From: Camelus dromedarius
Lineage: Eukaryota
Length of the DNA: 64,000 bases
Direction: 5' to 3'
Assembly (NCBI RefSeq): GCF_036321535.1
Contig: NC_087436.1
Location: 23,004,001-23,068,000, forward strand
In this document: positions 12,935-25,953 of the stretch, in pieces
How the letters are laid out: every line of letters begins with the position of its first letter
Numbering within the stretch: the first letter of the stretch is position 1
Notes under the pieces: model-generated
Told to the model about the DNA's origin: nothing
What the model saw: only the letters and a program-made list of their open reading frames with translations
Database searches by the model: none
Made by a program: the position numbers and the translations under genes

Positions 12935-13174
12935 GTACCAGCCTCTTTTCTTTTTGATGAGGAGCTAGTCAAAGACCTTCCTGACTTTTCTAGCAGTCAG
13001 GGTAGAAGAGAAGGAAGGATGAGAAGGGGTTACATGCTAATACTTCTCCCATAAGCCTCAGTTATTATACCCATCATTATTAAAAATAATTTAAAGCAGT
13101 TTATAAAATGCATACAAGAGGACGGTGAAGGAGTTGGATAGAAAATATGAGAAGTTAAAAAGTAAGTGTAGTAG

Positions 13175-13712
13175 TACACCCCAATGTTCATAGCAGCACT
13201 ATGTACAATAGCCAAGGCACGGAAGCAACCTAAGTGTCCATCAATAGATGACTGGATAAAGAAGATGTGGTATGCATATGTATGTATGTGTGTGGGTGTG
13301 TGTGTATACATATATATATACACACACATACATACATATATATAATGAAATATTACTCAGCCATAAAAAAGAATGAAATAATGCCATTTGCAGCAACCTG
13401 GATGGACCTAGAGATTATTATACTAAGTGAAATAAGTCAGAACAAGACAAATACCATATGATATCGCTTACATGTGGAATCCAAAATATGAAACAAGTGA
13501 ATTTATTTACAAAACAGAAACAGACCCGCAGACATAGAAAACAAACTTACGGTTACCAAAGGGGAAAGGGGCAGGGGGAGGGATAAATCAGAAGTTTAAG
13601 ATTGGCATGTACAAACTACTATCCATAAAATAGATTAACAGCGAGGTCCTACTGTGTAGCACAGGGAACTCTATTTAATACCTTGTAGTAGCCTACAATG
13701 GGGAAGAAAAAA
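13175..13712 (+). mobile_element. LINE-1 fragment: ORF2 C-terminus and most of the 3' UTR, with an internal (TG/TA/CA)n expansion
   Basis: The ORF track gives ...MKYYSAIKKNEIMPFAATWMDLEIIILSEISQ, which is the L1 ORF2 C-terminus. The 3' UTR is homologous to 2605-2886. Confidence 0.9.
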
Positions 13713-14916
13713 TTGTGTAACAAAAATAGATGAAACCAGGATAAAATGGCACACAAATTCATTACCTGAAATGAACAGCAGACATCGGTCCCAAATTTAG
13801 GTTGGGACTCTCCGCAGACAATGCAAAGAAGGAAACAATAGTCAATATCCAAACAAATCCAATGACCTTATTCCAGTGTCCCATAAGATAAAAACAAAAT
13901 GGCCATTCCGGGTGTTACAGCTTGAGAACGTTTTCCCGTGGATCCTTGCAAGGAAGACAGTGCCAGTTACATGCCGAGTTATGTCCTCCACTGGCGTCTG
14001 CAGTAAATGCAAGAAGCAGATTTAGTCCTTCTGAAATCTGGTTTCCAGAACCCCAGAGTCAGTTGCAGCGGCCTCCCTAGCTGCAAAATGATGACATAAA
14101 GCCAGATGCAGAAGCATGTCTTAAGGAAGGACCACAAAGCCGGCCAGTCTAGCCCACAGGCCTCTAGAGGCCTCTGTTCTCCCCAGGAGAATTTTTTCCC
14201 CCAGGAGAAATTTTGGAGTAGTGGATTGCAGTGTGTGACTCTGGGGCTCCTTGGGGCATTGTAGGAGATTCACAACTCTATGGGCACAAGAGGTGTTGTC
14301 TCTAGCCTGAGTAATTGATTTGTCTCACCAATTATATCATATTTTTCAACGGTATAAAAATACCATTGAGCTTAGTAAGGTAAAATTCAGTTACAGCCAT
14401 CAGTAAATTTAAAGTACACTTTTTATTACTTTTCTCTCCTCCAACAGAGAATAATAAAAGAACAAAGACTGTTATATAAGGGATATATTATGGGATATTG
14501 GAAGAGATTTATGTTCTTGAAAAGAAAGCTGGAACCACAGTTTTTTAGAGTTGCGTACGTTAGCGTCCCAGGGAATGGCTAGATTAAATATCATTCAGAC
14601 AATTCTCTGTGAACAGTGTTTCTCATCCTCAAGATTTTGATATGTCACCTCTGATTATGATAAGCAGCATTATTAGTCACGGGACATTAAGATACAAATT
14701 CCTCACCAAAGCTCTTGCAGCGGAACCAGGAAACAGAAAGGGGAGATTGGAAGGCAGAGAAGCTAAGCCAATACACAGTGAATTATTGATGAAGGGAACT
14801 GGCAATGAGACGGTTGAAAGCCTTGCTCCGGGCACGCTCTCTGTGGGCTTGTTATTTGTGTGTTTACAGGAGTGGATGCTCTGGAAGCAGACTCATACGT
14901 GCTTTCTCTGTTGCAG

Positions 14917-14999
14917 GAAACAGAGCCTGATTTTGACAACTGTGCAGTTTGTATCGAGGGGTACAAGCCCAACGACGTTGTCCGGATCTTGCCCTGCCG
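14917..14999 (+). CDS. RNF150: RNF150 coding exon (exon 4), N-terminal half of RING-H2
   Basis: Acceptor ctttctctgttgcAG (14915-14916) and donor CG|GTGAGT (15000). 83 nt, phase 0 to 2. My translation is [27 protein letters not shown](R), containing C-x2-C and LPC. The ORF track shows only other frames here. Confidence 0.96.
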
Positions 15000-17900
15000 G
15001 TGAGTCGCTAGGCTGCCTGCTTTTGACTGGGGCGTGTGTGCAGAGTGCCTGCTGGCCTCGTCCTGCCAGGTCAGTCGCCCAGATGGTTCCGTATTTGAAT
15101 AAGAAACCACCAACAGGCTCATTCTTTTTGTGTAACCTTTCTCCTGGAAAGCGCTTTGTGAAGTTAGAAATACTTTTCTGATCCTCTTGGCACCCAAGGA
15201 AGTTTACGGCTGTGACCCTGAACATTGTGACCCACAGTTTGATGATGTGGCTCCAAGTACAGGTCTTTTTTAACATCACGTCAGTGATGTTCAGGATCAT
15301 ACGTGCTTTTACGAGTGCTATTTTAATTAAAATAATAAACTCTTCCAAACGTTTTATGAATGATCCCATGATCTGCAACCAGAATCCAGTCGAGAGTGAG
15401 GAAGAAGCCAAAGGTAGATTCCATTTCCCTTTGTTTTTTACTCACAAGAAGAGAAGGTGACAGTCACCCCAAAACTTCTAGAATCTAGGGGAGGAGGCTA
15501 GCATGTGTAGTTGGAAAAACTTCCCAGGTAATTCTCATATAATCTTAATCCCTCTCCCTAACTGAAATTCACTGTTATGGTGTCTGGATCTTTTTTATAC
15601 AGTTAAAATTACTTAAATGTAAATACTTCAGTGAAATAATATATTTTAAAGTTGCCAACAGCATTTCTTTTTAGTGTTTTTGCATCTGGGCAAGTGTCCT
15701 AAAAATAAAAATTAAATTCTGCCTTCAAGAAATGTTCTTCATTTAGAAATACTGGCTTTAAAAATTCTTCGAGTATTTAAGTAAATAAAGTAGAAAACAT
15801 ATACCACCAAGATACAAAAAACAATCCATTCGGTCATAAAGTATTGCAGCTTCTAAGAACTATTTATTAGAAACACAGAAAAAAGTGAAATATGCCCAAG
15901 AGGAATTAGTTTAATAATCCTAAATGACCAAGAAGTGACAAAAAAGGGACAAGATACTCAAATAGATGCGGAAACTCCAAGGGGAATGAGTCGTGCTTGA
16001 AATGCTGGCAGGCAGGTTAATCATTAGGAAAATGGGCCTGAGGAAAGTGCACTCTGGTGGCCCCAAAGCCTTCAAGTGGGATTCGCTTTCCTTAATTTAT
16101 AGATGCTTGACTGTCTCAAAGACCAAATCGTAAATCGGGACACGTGAAGACTCAGTAGTGTCCTTCATATGAGGGTATATGAATTCCTTCATATTTATAT
16201 ATAAATTCTCTCTCTAGACATTACATTTGGTATTTGCTTGGCGATTTTTAGAAACACTGGCAAAGAATGGTGGTATGTGACATGCAGAGAGCCTCTCCGG
16301 GTAGCATCTTTCCTCTCTGCAGTATTTTATTAAGGGTTTTATAAAGCCTCATAGCTATAAGCAAGGAAAATGCTTGCTTTTATTTTCCTTTGGAGATGCT
16401 TAGAGCCCTGTGAGGCTCCGACTAATAAAAAATATTCAAAGCTAAAATTAAAGCTAAATAACATCTTTTTCCTGAAAATCCAAAGAACTTTACCAATGAA
16501 ATTAAGAAAATCTGTTGTAAAAACTATATATAGGACTTAGCTCTGTAGTTCATCCTGTATAAAATAGCTTGTTCGCCTAGAGCTCTTTCATAGGTATATT
16601 TCATGTTACTACATACAGTTGCTAAAGGATGCATAATATCCAAGTCATAGATGTACCGCAGTTTAATTTACCATGCCCCTGTGGTGGACCATTTGCCTGA
16701 TTTCAGTTTTTAATTATGATAAATGACATTGCTTTAGCAGTATTTAGATTGTCATGATATATTAGTCCAAATCTCCTTTTACAGTGTATTTTTTTGGAAA
16801 TAGTAACTAAGACAAAAAAATTTGCACTTTAATACTCACCACAAAAGAATAAAACTTTAGGAACTTTCATTTTACTTATACTAGCCCTCGCCCTAAGCCA
16901 GATCAGTTTAACCTCAGGCTCCTCCTTTTTTACATCATTTTTTGGTTTTGAGCTCATTACTTGATTCTTTTTTGCTTCAAGTCCCTTATTGTCCATCTGC
17001 CTTTATTTCCTTCCTCTGGGCCTTGCTTTAAACAACAAAATACACTGAGCATTACCAAGTACAGGTTATATTAGTTACTGTTTGATCTTTGACGAGCCAT
17101 GCATACCTATTCTTTGAAGAGCCCATCCAGTTTTTCCATGCGGCTTTTAAAATCAAGATATTTTTGTGCCTGTTGCTGGTTTCTGCCAGGCAGTTTGCAC
17201 TAATGGATGTTATCAAACAAATGCACTGGCATTTGCTTTTTGCTAGATAATTTCCTCTGGGGTATTATTAAGCCTTTGCTCCTATGAACTTCATAGACTC
17301 TCTTTCCCATTATTTCCAGGCTGAGTCATCCACCCAATTCTTTGCATCTCCTTGGAGTAAAAACTGTCTCAGAAAATGTTCCAGCTGTTATCTCTCTTCT
17401 CTCACACTCTTTTCCGTGGCCTCCTAACTCTGACATGCTGGGTGCCTCTCTTCCCCATGGTTGCAGTTTGGGGTTGTTGGTTGCCGTTTACCAATCTTGT
17501 ACCATGACTTTTTCAAAATCATCCTCTTGTATGTTTCTTTTAAAGACACTTGCACAAATTAGGATGAATTAATAAATGACCCTTCCTCTTTATTTGTAGT
17601 CATGGAAATGATTAAAGTTAAATCGTACACATACACACTTACCGTTTCTTCCCCTTGTTTTTTCTTCATCAGGGTCCTTCTCTAGCACTTGAAGGCAAGC
17701 CTCCCCATTGGGTGAGCCTGCATATGTGCATTAAATGTGAAGGAGGGACCCACAGCAGCACACAAAGTACCTTTTGTGGTTTGGATTTGATCCTAATATG
17801 CCACTAAGATATTTTCCAAGGAACTTTGGTTTTGCTGCAGCATACATATGCCAAAACATACAACACACTATATTTTAGGGCTGGTTTTTGTGACTCTGTT

Positions 17901-18354
17901 AGTACTTGTAATTAAGATTTTAAGCTACAAAAAAGTACTTTATTGAAGTTCTGTTGTCTTCTCTTGTCCAGAGAATAAGTTGGGCTCTCTGATTCTTCTG
18001 TGGCTTTTATCCGGTGGCGTTCCCACTGTCCTTCAATGGTTATTCATTTCAAACTGTTTAACTACCCAATTTCAAATGCAGTGTCTCAGAAAGAAATGAC
18101 CTCTTTGGGCAGAGCAAAAGTCCTTTTTTGTCATTTTTTTTTTAACACAGAGCAATGTGCGCATCCTTTACATGCCTGTACAGTTTGTTCCTATCTGTAA
18201 GGTGTCACTAAAGCATTATCACTAATTTGGGGAGATGCTAGCTTCTACCGCTGTCTTTTCCTTTGTTTGCAGACTCTGCCACACAACTTAGGAAAAATTA
18301 AAAAGTTCCTTGGCAACAAGCAGACCCTTGCCATAACCTTTTCAGTAGCTAAAT

Positions 18355-18560
18355 GCTTTATTTGGAACAACAAACATTTATTTTGCAGCAACTGTACGCC
18401 AGGAATAGTGTGAAGTACCAGAGATGAAAAGATGAATGGCTTGCTCTCTGCTCTAAAGGAAATTGGGCTAGCAGGGTACAGATGGGAATGTAAATAAGTA
18501 ATCACAATACAGTGTCCTATATGCAGCAGTAATAGCAAAATGAATTAAAAATTTGGAGGA
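18355..18560 (-). mobile_element. L2 3'-end fragment
   Basis: aacaaacatttattttgcagcaactgtacgccagg...ctctgctctaaagga...taatcacaatacagtg. Confidence 0.6.
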
Positions 18561-19537
18561 ACTAATAACCAGGCACAAGGAAGGTAAGAAAGGCCCCACG
18601 GGAAAAAAAAGAAATGTCTTCATATTTTCTAACTGGTTTTTGTTGCCTGTTTCATTCACATTATAGAAAATTTGTAAGATGGATAAATAATTATGTGGGT
18701 AACTCCCTCATCAGGTAGCTACTGCTAACGTCTTTATGATTTCTGTTTATTTCCTATGCCTATTTTCTGCAAGTTTGATATACTGCTGTCAACATCAATA
18801 ATATCCAACTCTTTTCATTATAGAATTTGCTGGAAATAGTATGAACTTACTGTGGCTCATTTTCCTTCAGCCTCTGACTCTGTAGACAGAAGCTGATCGA
18901 AGTCTAGGTTGAATAAATCCACCAAAGACCCTGAGATGTTGGCTCTTATTCCTCAAGAATCAAGTCTTTTCATGGGCCAGTCCGAATTGTCTACTGAGGT
19001 AAAATAAGAGTGTGTCCTGACTCACTTCCGCTCATTCCTTAGTAATCCACTGATGAGCTGTTCACATTTCATCATCCCAGTGCACTAAAGGGACAGAAGA
19101 GGGATTTCTCTTAGACGGATGATACAGTTTGGCTGGGTAGTAATGGCCCATGGAGGCAGCATGTCCTGCTGGCTTATTACTGTCGTAGTTGGATTCCAAA
19201 TAAAATCCGCTAAAACTCAAGTTACTCACTTTAGTAGCTGCGTCCCTAGCGTTTAACTTGATCTTAAACAAAAATCTGGTTCTACAAACTACCTCCTGGA
19301 GTTGCATTTCCTAAATCGTGTTTCCTGGAGGGTACAGTAGGAGGCAGTGTTGTGGATACTGCCTGCAGGTTTACTGAGGTTTCTGTGTGTATTTAGAGCA
19401 GGGAGTTGATGTCAGTGAGAGGCTCGGCCGGCCCGTGGCCTGTTGGGTTCCCCACTCTTCACAGCACAATTCAGTTTTGTCCTGAGCAAGGTTCCTGTTA
19501 GATCAGAGAATTCTGGAAGGGGTATGTGTGTGTGTGC

Positions 19538-19717
19538 ATGTGGTAAAATAGACATGACATAAAATTGATCACTTTAACCATTTTTAAGTTTATATTTCAG
19601 TGACATCCTGTACATTCAGATTATGGTACAGCCACCAGCACCATCCATCTCCAGAACTTCATCTTCCCAAACTGAAACTGTAGCCATTCAACAGTAGCTC
19701 TCCATTCCCCCAGCCTG
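19538..19717 (-). mobile_element. Old L1 (L1MB-like) 3' end, followed by (TG)n at about 19722-19756
   Basis: tggtaaaatagacatgacataaaattgatcactttaaccatttttaag...ccatccatctccagaac...cccaaactgaaact. Confidence 0.75.
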
Positions 19718-19720
19718 GAG

Positions 19721-19759
<39 letters not shown>

Positions 19760-21471
19760 GTAATTTAGGCTTGCTTTTTATCAACAGAGAAAATGTCAAT
19801 GAAGGAACTCAGATTTTGATTCAAGAATCTAATTTAAGTTGGCTAACTAAAAATTGGCTTTTACAAACTAATTTGAAACCTGACAGTGAGTGATAATTCT
19901 ACATATTTCTGGTACTATTATTATCAGTATTATTACAATGCTAATATGATATCACTCTTACCATTACTGCTAGTTACTGTTACTGTTCCGGTTACTGTAA
20001 TTAAGATCATTACCACCGTCAGTTCTTTCCTGGCTTTCTGCAGTAGCCTTCTCACTCATCTCCCTGTTTCTACTCCTGCCCCTTAATTATTCATTCTGAT
20101 AAGTCTATTTTTAATTATCCAGCTAGGTTCACTGGACTCTACGTACTTTTTTAGTGAGTACAAATTTAAACTCATTAAGCGTATCAGAAGAATGATGAAA
20201 TTTTTTTCTTTAGGAAAATTAATTGAAATATAATTCAGTCCTTCTGCTTCTCTGAAACATATTCTTGTAACAAGGTAGGTTCACAGAAAACTAAGAACGT
20301 CACTGTTTCATATTAGTCTTTACAAGAGAATTGAGCTGGCTGATGCAATTGCCACTGTTTTGATCAGGGATCACTGTAAGGAGCAATCTTGGGAAAGTTG
20401 CCATCGTGTCTCTCATTAGGATTTTCTACTCTGTTTTCATCGTGAGGACTTGCCAGAGCAGTTCACGTATGGAATACCCGCATTTCTCCTGTGCAAAGGA
20501 ATGCTTTTAGATTGTGGATACTAAATTGTGCCACTTTTCAGATTTTTTTTCCTCTGTTCATTGATAGAAAGCCAACAGAGAAATCTGTAGCCAAAAGGGA
20601 TTTTTTTAGCTTCATCCCTGACTCTGTTTCATGTCTCTATTCTTGTTTATTTTTCTTTTGCTCTTATGGCATTTTATTTTTTTTGGATATCTGTATCTCT
20701 TAAGTCACCTTAAACCCTTTCTAGAATAAACATTTTCCGTGTGTTTAAAACTTGCTCTGTAACATTTTGCTTGATAGATAGCCCCTATGCCGTAATTTAT
20801 TTGACTGGGGACATTTAAGTTGTTTCCCCCTCCAAACACATACACTTTTTTTTTTTTTTTGCTATTATAAAGAAGGCTGTGATAAATAGCTCTGTGTGTA
20901 GACCTTAGTTGACATTTGGGGTTACTTCTTTGTTTCTAAGGTTACAAATTCAAATTGCCTAGTTGCTTTCCATAAAGTTGTACTGAAGGAGTTTTCTGGT
21001 CAGTCAGAGCTAAGAAGAATATTACAAGCAAAGCTGAGTAGTGGTAACCCTGAATTGTCAGGATATAAAGCAGATGTGAAGATAATGGTGGAGAAGTAGG
21101 CCAGCCCAGATCATTTGGGACCTAAATGCCCCACTGAGGAGCCAGGATTATGGCCAAGTGCTGGGGGACCTACTGAGGGGTTCAGCTTGTGCTCTGTACA
21201 CAGTTCACTGGCACCATGTGGAACGTGGCTTAAAGGGCTCTGACTGGAGTTGTGGAGGACAGTTAGGAGCCTATTCTTAAGTCAAGGTACAAAATGCTGG
21301 AGGTCTGATTTGGAGTGTTGGCCCTGGGCATATAGAGGGAAGGATCTAGTCAGGAGAGTTGCAGGAGGTAAACCAAGCATGAGTCAGCCATTCGGATACT
21401 TGAAAATGGCGACCCTGTCAGATGGTGACTGATAGATACATCTGTATTTGTTTGCATTTAACACATGTACC

Positions 21472-21688
21472 TTTTTCACCATAAGCTACTACAAGATATT
21501 GAATATAGTTCCCTGTGCTATACAGTATAAACTTGTTTATCTGTTTTATATATATGTAGCTTATGGTGAAAACGAATATGAAAACAAATATATGTATGTA
21601 CATGTATGAACCATTGTGCTGTATACTAGAAATTGACACAACATTGTAAACTGACTATACTTCAATTTTTTAAAAAAGTGAAAAAAAT
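21472..21688 (+). mobile_element. Short LINE-1 insertion with 5' inversion
   Basis: 21472-~21553 is antisense L1 3' UTR and 21556-21688 is the sense terminal segment with an A-rich tail. Same family as 5460-5774. Confidence 0.85.
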
Positions 21689-23659
21689 GCTCCTGTCTTT
21701 CCATTCGGATTCTAAATAATAGGAAAAAATTCAGCAGCTAGCACACTATTGCTCAAAAACCATAACAGAAGAAACAGATTTCAAGCACTGAAACAGATTT
21801 TCTTTCTCACTCCAAAAAAAAAAAAAAAAAGACAGACAAACAACAACACTTGAGGGCCAGCTTTGACTTATCTTTTTAAAACTTTCTTCTGAGTTATTCA
21901 TCCCAAAACAACCCCCTAACTGGGTCAGTTGGGCAGAGTTCCATTTTGGATAGATAATTGTTGGATGCTCTGCGTAAATGCTATGCCACCCTTTCTCTGT
22001 CTCATCTCTCTGCTTTAAGAACGAGGCTAAATTTCCATTGTGTCTGTTTAACAGAACTCTTTAGTAGTTTGGGGCATAGAATATATCATACTGTTTCTTT
22101 TTCTTTTTTTTTTCCTTTGAAACTTAAGTCTCTATTTTTACAAAGATCAGAACGTGACTAACTGCACTGGTTTTGAAAGAGAAGAAATGGAGATTTAAAC
22201 ACAATCATATGATAGACTAAAAATAGAAAATAGAATAAATGGATACTAGTAAAGTACAGAACAAATTAATAGTGAAGGACAAAACAAAGCAAATTGGGGC
22301 AAACAGATACCATGGCTTGGAAAGGAATTTCTAATGACATTCCAGTATCTGAGTCAGAGAGAAACTGAAAGGGACAGGCCTGGAGATTTGGAAAAGGAAT
22401 TTTTTGAAGGCTGTTGAAAAGTCAAAGCCTAAATTTGGTCTGCTAATTTAGATGAATTCTCTGAAGGTCTGTTACATACCATGTGTCTAGGGTTGACAAG
22501 AAGCTAGTGCATCATCCTTGTCCATCTACCCAGACAACTGGCTGCTTTCCTTTCTCAGCTGATGCAACTAATGTATGTATATTTTTAACATGGGCCTAAT
22601 TATTGACTCCTCAAAGACTGTGATCTATTAACTCCTGTCCCCCTGGGCAGGTGACATTTTCCTGTGCAGGAGAAGCAGCCCTGGTCTCATATAAAGTACA
22701 TGGCAAACAGAAGAGGGATCCATTTGTAAAGTTTTCTGAACAAACATGAATCCTAAGGCTCCCAGAGTGACTTGTCTGCCAAGGACCAGCCTCCTTAAAA
22801 TTGAATTAATAAGATTCACTGAGCTAATGGATGAGAGCAGTGTGCCTGAACCCCAGGGCTTTACTCACAGTGGCTCGCCTTGGATGGGCCGTTCTGGAAG
22901 ATGGGCCTCTCTCTCTGCATGTTCACTGTGTCCCAGGGAGTTTCCTTGTTCTTATTGGGTCCTTCCAACCAAACCCACATGGGTGGTTCATAGCCTGTCC
23001 TGCTTCTCCTGAAACTCTGATGTGGGATCCAGATCTTGGGTCCCCAAGGCAATGACACCCCAAGGCAACATCACAGTTGGACTCTGATAGTCATCTGTGA
23101 ATTTCCTTTTTTAAGGGAGGAAATGGGTTCTCATTCACTCTCCCTGCCCAACACAACATGACATAATAAAGAAGATAACATAAAAGAAGAATTATAACTA
23201 GACATGGAAATGAGCATTATTTTAATATTCAGAAACTTCAAAAATCACAAATTTACTGAAAGCACTCAAAATAGACACTAGTCCTTTAAAATTTCTAACC
23301 CCAGGGACCTATCTAATTTTAAGATGAGTCAAATGAACGAAGACTCCAAACTCTTTATAAAATTTTTTTTTAGAAAACACTAATGTGTTCAGGATTCTGA
23401 CTGAGCCCTGTAGCTTGTGAAGTGGAAAACAATGGAACGCTTTCTAGCTGAGCACAAGTGGTCTGTCCTGACTTTACCCTGTCGTGCCTGTTACACATGC
23501 TTGATTAGGAACAGATTTTTTCCAAGCTCCTTTTTTAGAAAAGAGTAATGAATGCCTGGTGATTTTCATAAGATTTCTCTTACTGTTTCATGCCTGTGTT
23601 ATGCAAATTAGATTACTAGTCATTCTTTTCTCTATTGTTTATTTATATTTTAATTTTTA

Positions 23660-23760
23660 AAACTTTTTTTTAATTTACAATGTTGTATTAGTTTCTGGTG
23701 TACAGCATAGTGATTCAGTTCTATATATATATCTATAACATATATATATATACACACATG
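23660..23760 (-). mobile_element. Very short L1 3' end plus (TA)n
   Basis: tttacaatgttgtattagtttctggtgtacagcatagtgattcagtt. Confidence 0.7.
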
Positions 23761-24482
23761 TTTTTTAAATAACCTTCAAGGTTTCATTGCTCAATGTAAG
23801 AAATTTTGAAAATAGTGAAAAGTATGAAGAAGTAGAGAAAAATAATCATCTTGCTACCCAGAAATAATCATTATTAATATTGGTATCTTTTATTTGTATA
23901 ATACATTTATTTTATACATATATGAATATATATATATAAACATTCCATGTATATTGTTAAACATTATAAAGTCAGGCCACTAATACAATTTTTATTCTAC
24001 TTTCTCATTTAACATTAAAAGGTAAGCATTTTCCTATAACTTTAGAAATTATTTTAAAATATTTTAGTGGTTGCATAATAGTCCATTATTGGAGTTTATT
24101 TAACTGCCCTCCACTTCGTTCAACATTTTAATTGCTTCTAGTCTTCATCATTATAAAATCATGACCTTAACTGTTTGTATTTTTTTTTCCATGTTTATCC
24201 CTTAGAATGCATTCCTAAAAGTGAACTTCCTGGTCAAAAGTGATTTCCAAAGGATCTTGATAAGTTTGTCTAATTGCTTTCCTGAAAGGTGTTAATGATA
24301 TGCACCCCACTAACAGGACGTGAGAGTGCTTCCATTAGTGTTCTTTTGGAACCAAGAAGCAGTACCATTTTTAAACATCTTTCTTGTCTGATAGCCTAAT
24401 ACAAAGGTAGCACTTAGTTTTAATTCCCATGTCTGATTTCTCTGAGATATTGCTCTTGACTTACCTAAGCTCTTTACATATC

Positions 24483-24905
24483 TGTCAACCGAAAAGAACT
24501 GCACAACATGAGAACTGTGAGTTAAGTTTTATTTGGGGCAAAATGAGGACTATAGCCCAGGAGACAGCCTCTCAGATAGCTCTGAGGTGCCGCTCTGAAG
24601 AGGTAGGGGAGAGGTCAGTACAAATATATATACATATATATATATTTTAGTGAAGAGGGTACGGTGCAAACAGGCACACTTTTTGACAGAAGGTTGCTGC
24701 TGGTCATGAGGAGCAGTGTCTCCATTATTGATTTTAGTGCTACCTGGAGGCTAGTTCTCCAGCTTCTCCCAGAGCACAGAGTGCTTCATTCCTGATCTCC
24801 CTGAACTCCTTTCCTTGGACTTTCCCTGTCGAAAGTCCAAGACTGCAGAGACTAGTAACTTCATTCTTGTAGAAACAGATGGTGAGTGACAAGTTTTAGT
24901 TAGCA
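24483..24905 (-). mobile_element. ERV1-class solo LTR (tentatively an artiodactyl MER41-like family)
   Basis: TG...CA termini (tgtcaacc...gttagca), 4-bp TSD tatc (24479-24482 and 24906-24909), and AATAAA on the minus strand near the left end. Confidence 0.8.
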
Positions 24906-25339
24906 TATCTAATGTAAATCATCATGGACTGTAGGATGCCTCCTAATTTCAGAGATCTTAAAATGTGGGAGGGAAATGTTCTGGCATAGAACTGATAAAG
25001 TATGATATTAATTTTTTTTAACATTCTGTCTTCATATTGGTAAATAGTGTTTTTCATCATTTAAATATTTTATGATACTTTTAGATTAATAGGGAAAAAG
25101 TTATGTCATAAAATTTATGAATTCTTATCTTTACTTATTTTTATCTCTTCTTTAATCTTTCTTTACCAAAAAAAATAAAATAACTGAGCAATTAACTACG
25201 TTTTTCAAATTTATCTGAAATTTATGTTGGTGTAGGCATCCCACTCAATAGTCATTACTTATGAAAGTTGATATTTATAAACTCATTCTTTGAGGAACAT
25301 AATTTTGTATACTCTGCAAAAGTAAAAGTTATATAACGT

Positions 25340-25953
25340 GGTGGGAGTTTTAAATAGCACAACTTCTTTGGAAATTTGTCAGTTCCTACTGAAGTTAAAC
25401 ATACATTATCCTCTAACCTAGCGATCTCACTCTTGGATATATACCCAGGAGAAAAGAGTACGTACATTCACAGGAAGACTTGTACAAGAATGGTCATCAG
25501 AGCACATTTATTCTTAAGAGCCAAAAAATGAAAATAACTCCAGTGTCTAACAACAGAAAAATCTATAACTGAATTGGGGTACATTCATTTAACAGAGTAC
25601 TCCTCAGCAGGAAAAAGAAACAAGCGATTGATGTACATCAGAGCACAGACAAATCTGAAGACATTACGCTGAACAAAAGAAGCCCGGCAAAAAGAATAGA
25701 TGCTTTATGATTCCATTTATATGAAACTCAACCACAGGCTGGGCTCGTCTGTGGTGACAGAAGTCCTAATGATGTATTCATAGCAGGAAATGGGTACTGA
25801 CTGATAAAGGAGCAGGAGAGCGCTCTTGGGGGTGATGGAAACAGTGTATATCTTCATCTGGGTAGCGTGTACATAAATATGTACATACTTAAGAAATCAT
25901 CCAGCTTACTTAAGATTTATGCATTTTACTGTATATTATACCTTCATTTAAAA
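25340..25953 (+). mobile_element. Ancient L1 (L1ME/L1MC-like) ORF2 end and 3' UTR
   Basis: cactcttggatatatacccaggagaa...gacttgtacaagaatg...tgattccatttatatgaa...gggtgatggaaa...ttaagatttatgcattttactgta. Confidence 0.75.

Noticed and set aside
14158..14173. 16-bp perfect palindrome aggcctctagaggcct
   Set aside because: About one is expected by chance in 64 kb (4^-8 per position).
14609..15460. Cluster of long overlapping ORFs (190, 144, 172 and 82 aa) around exon 4
   Set aside because: These are off-frame or antisense shadows of a GC-richer exon region with no recognisable domain. The true exon is in a frame the track does not list.
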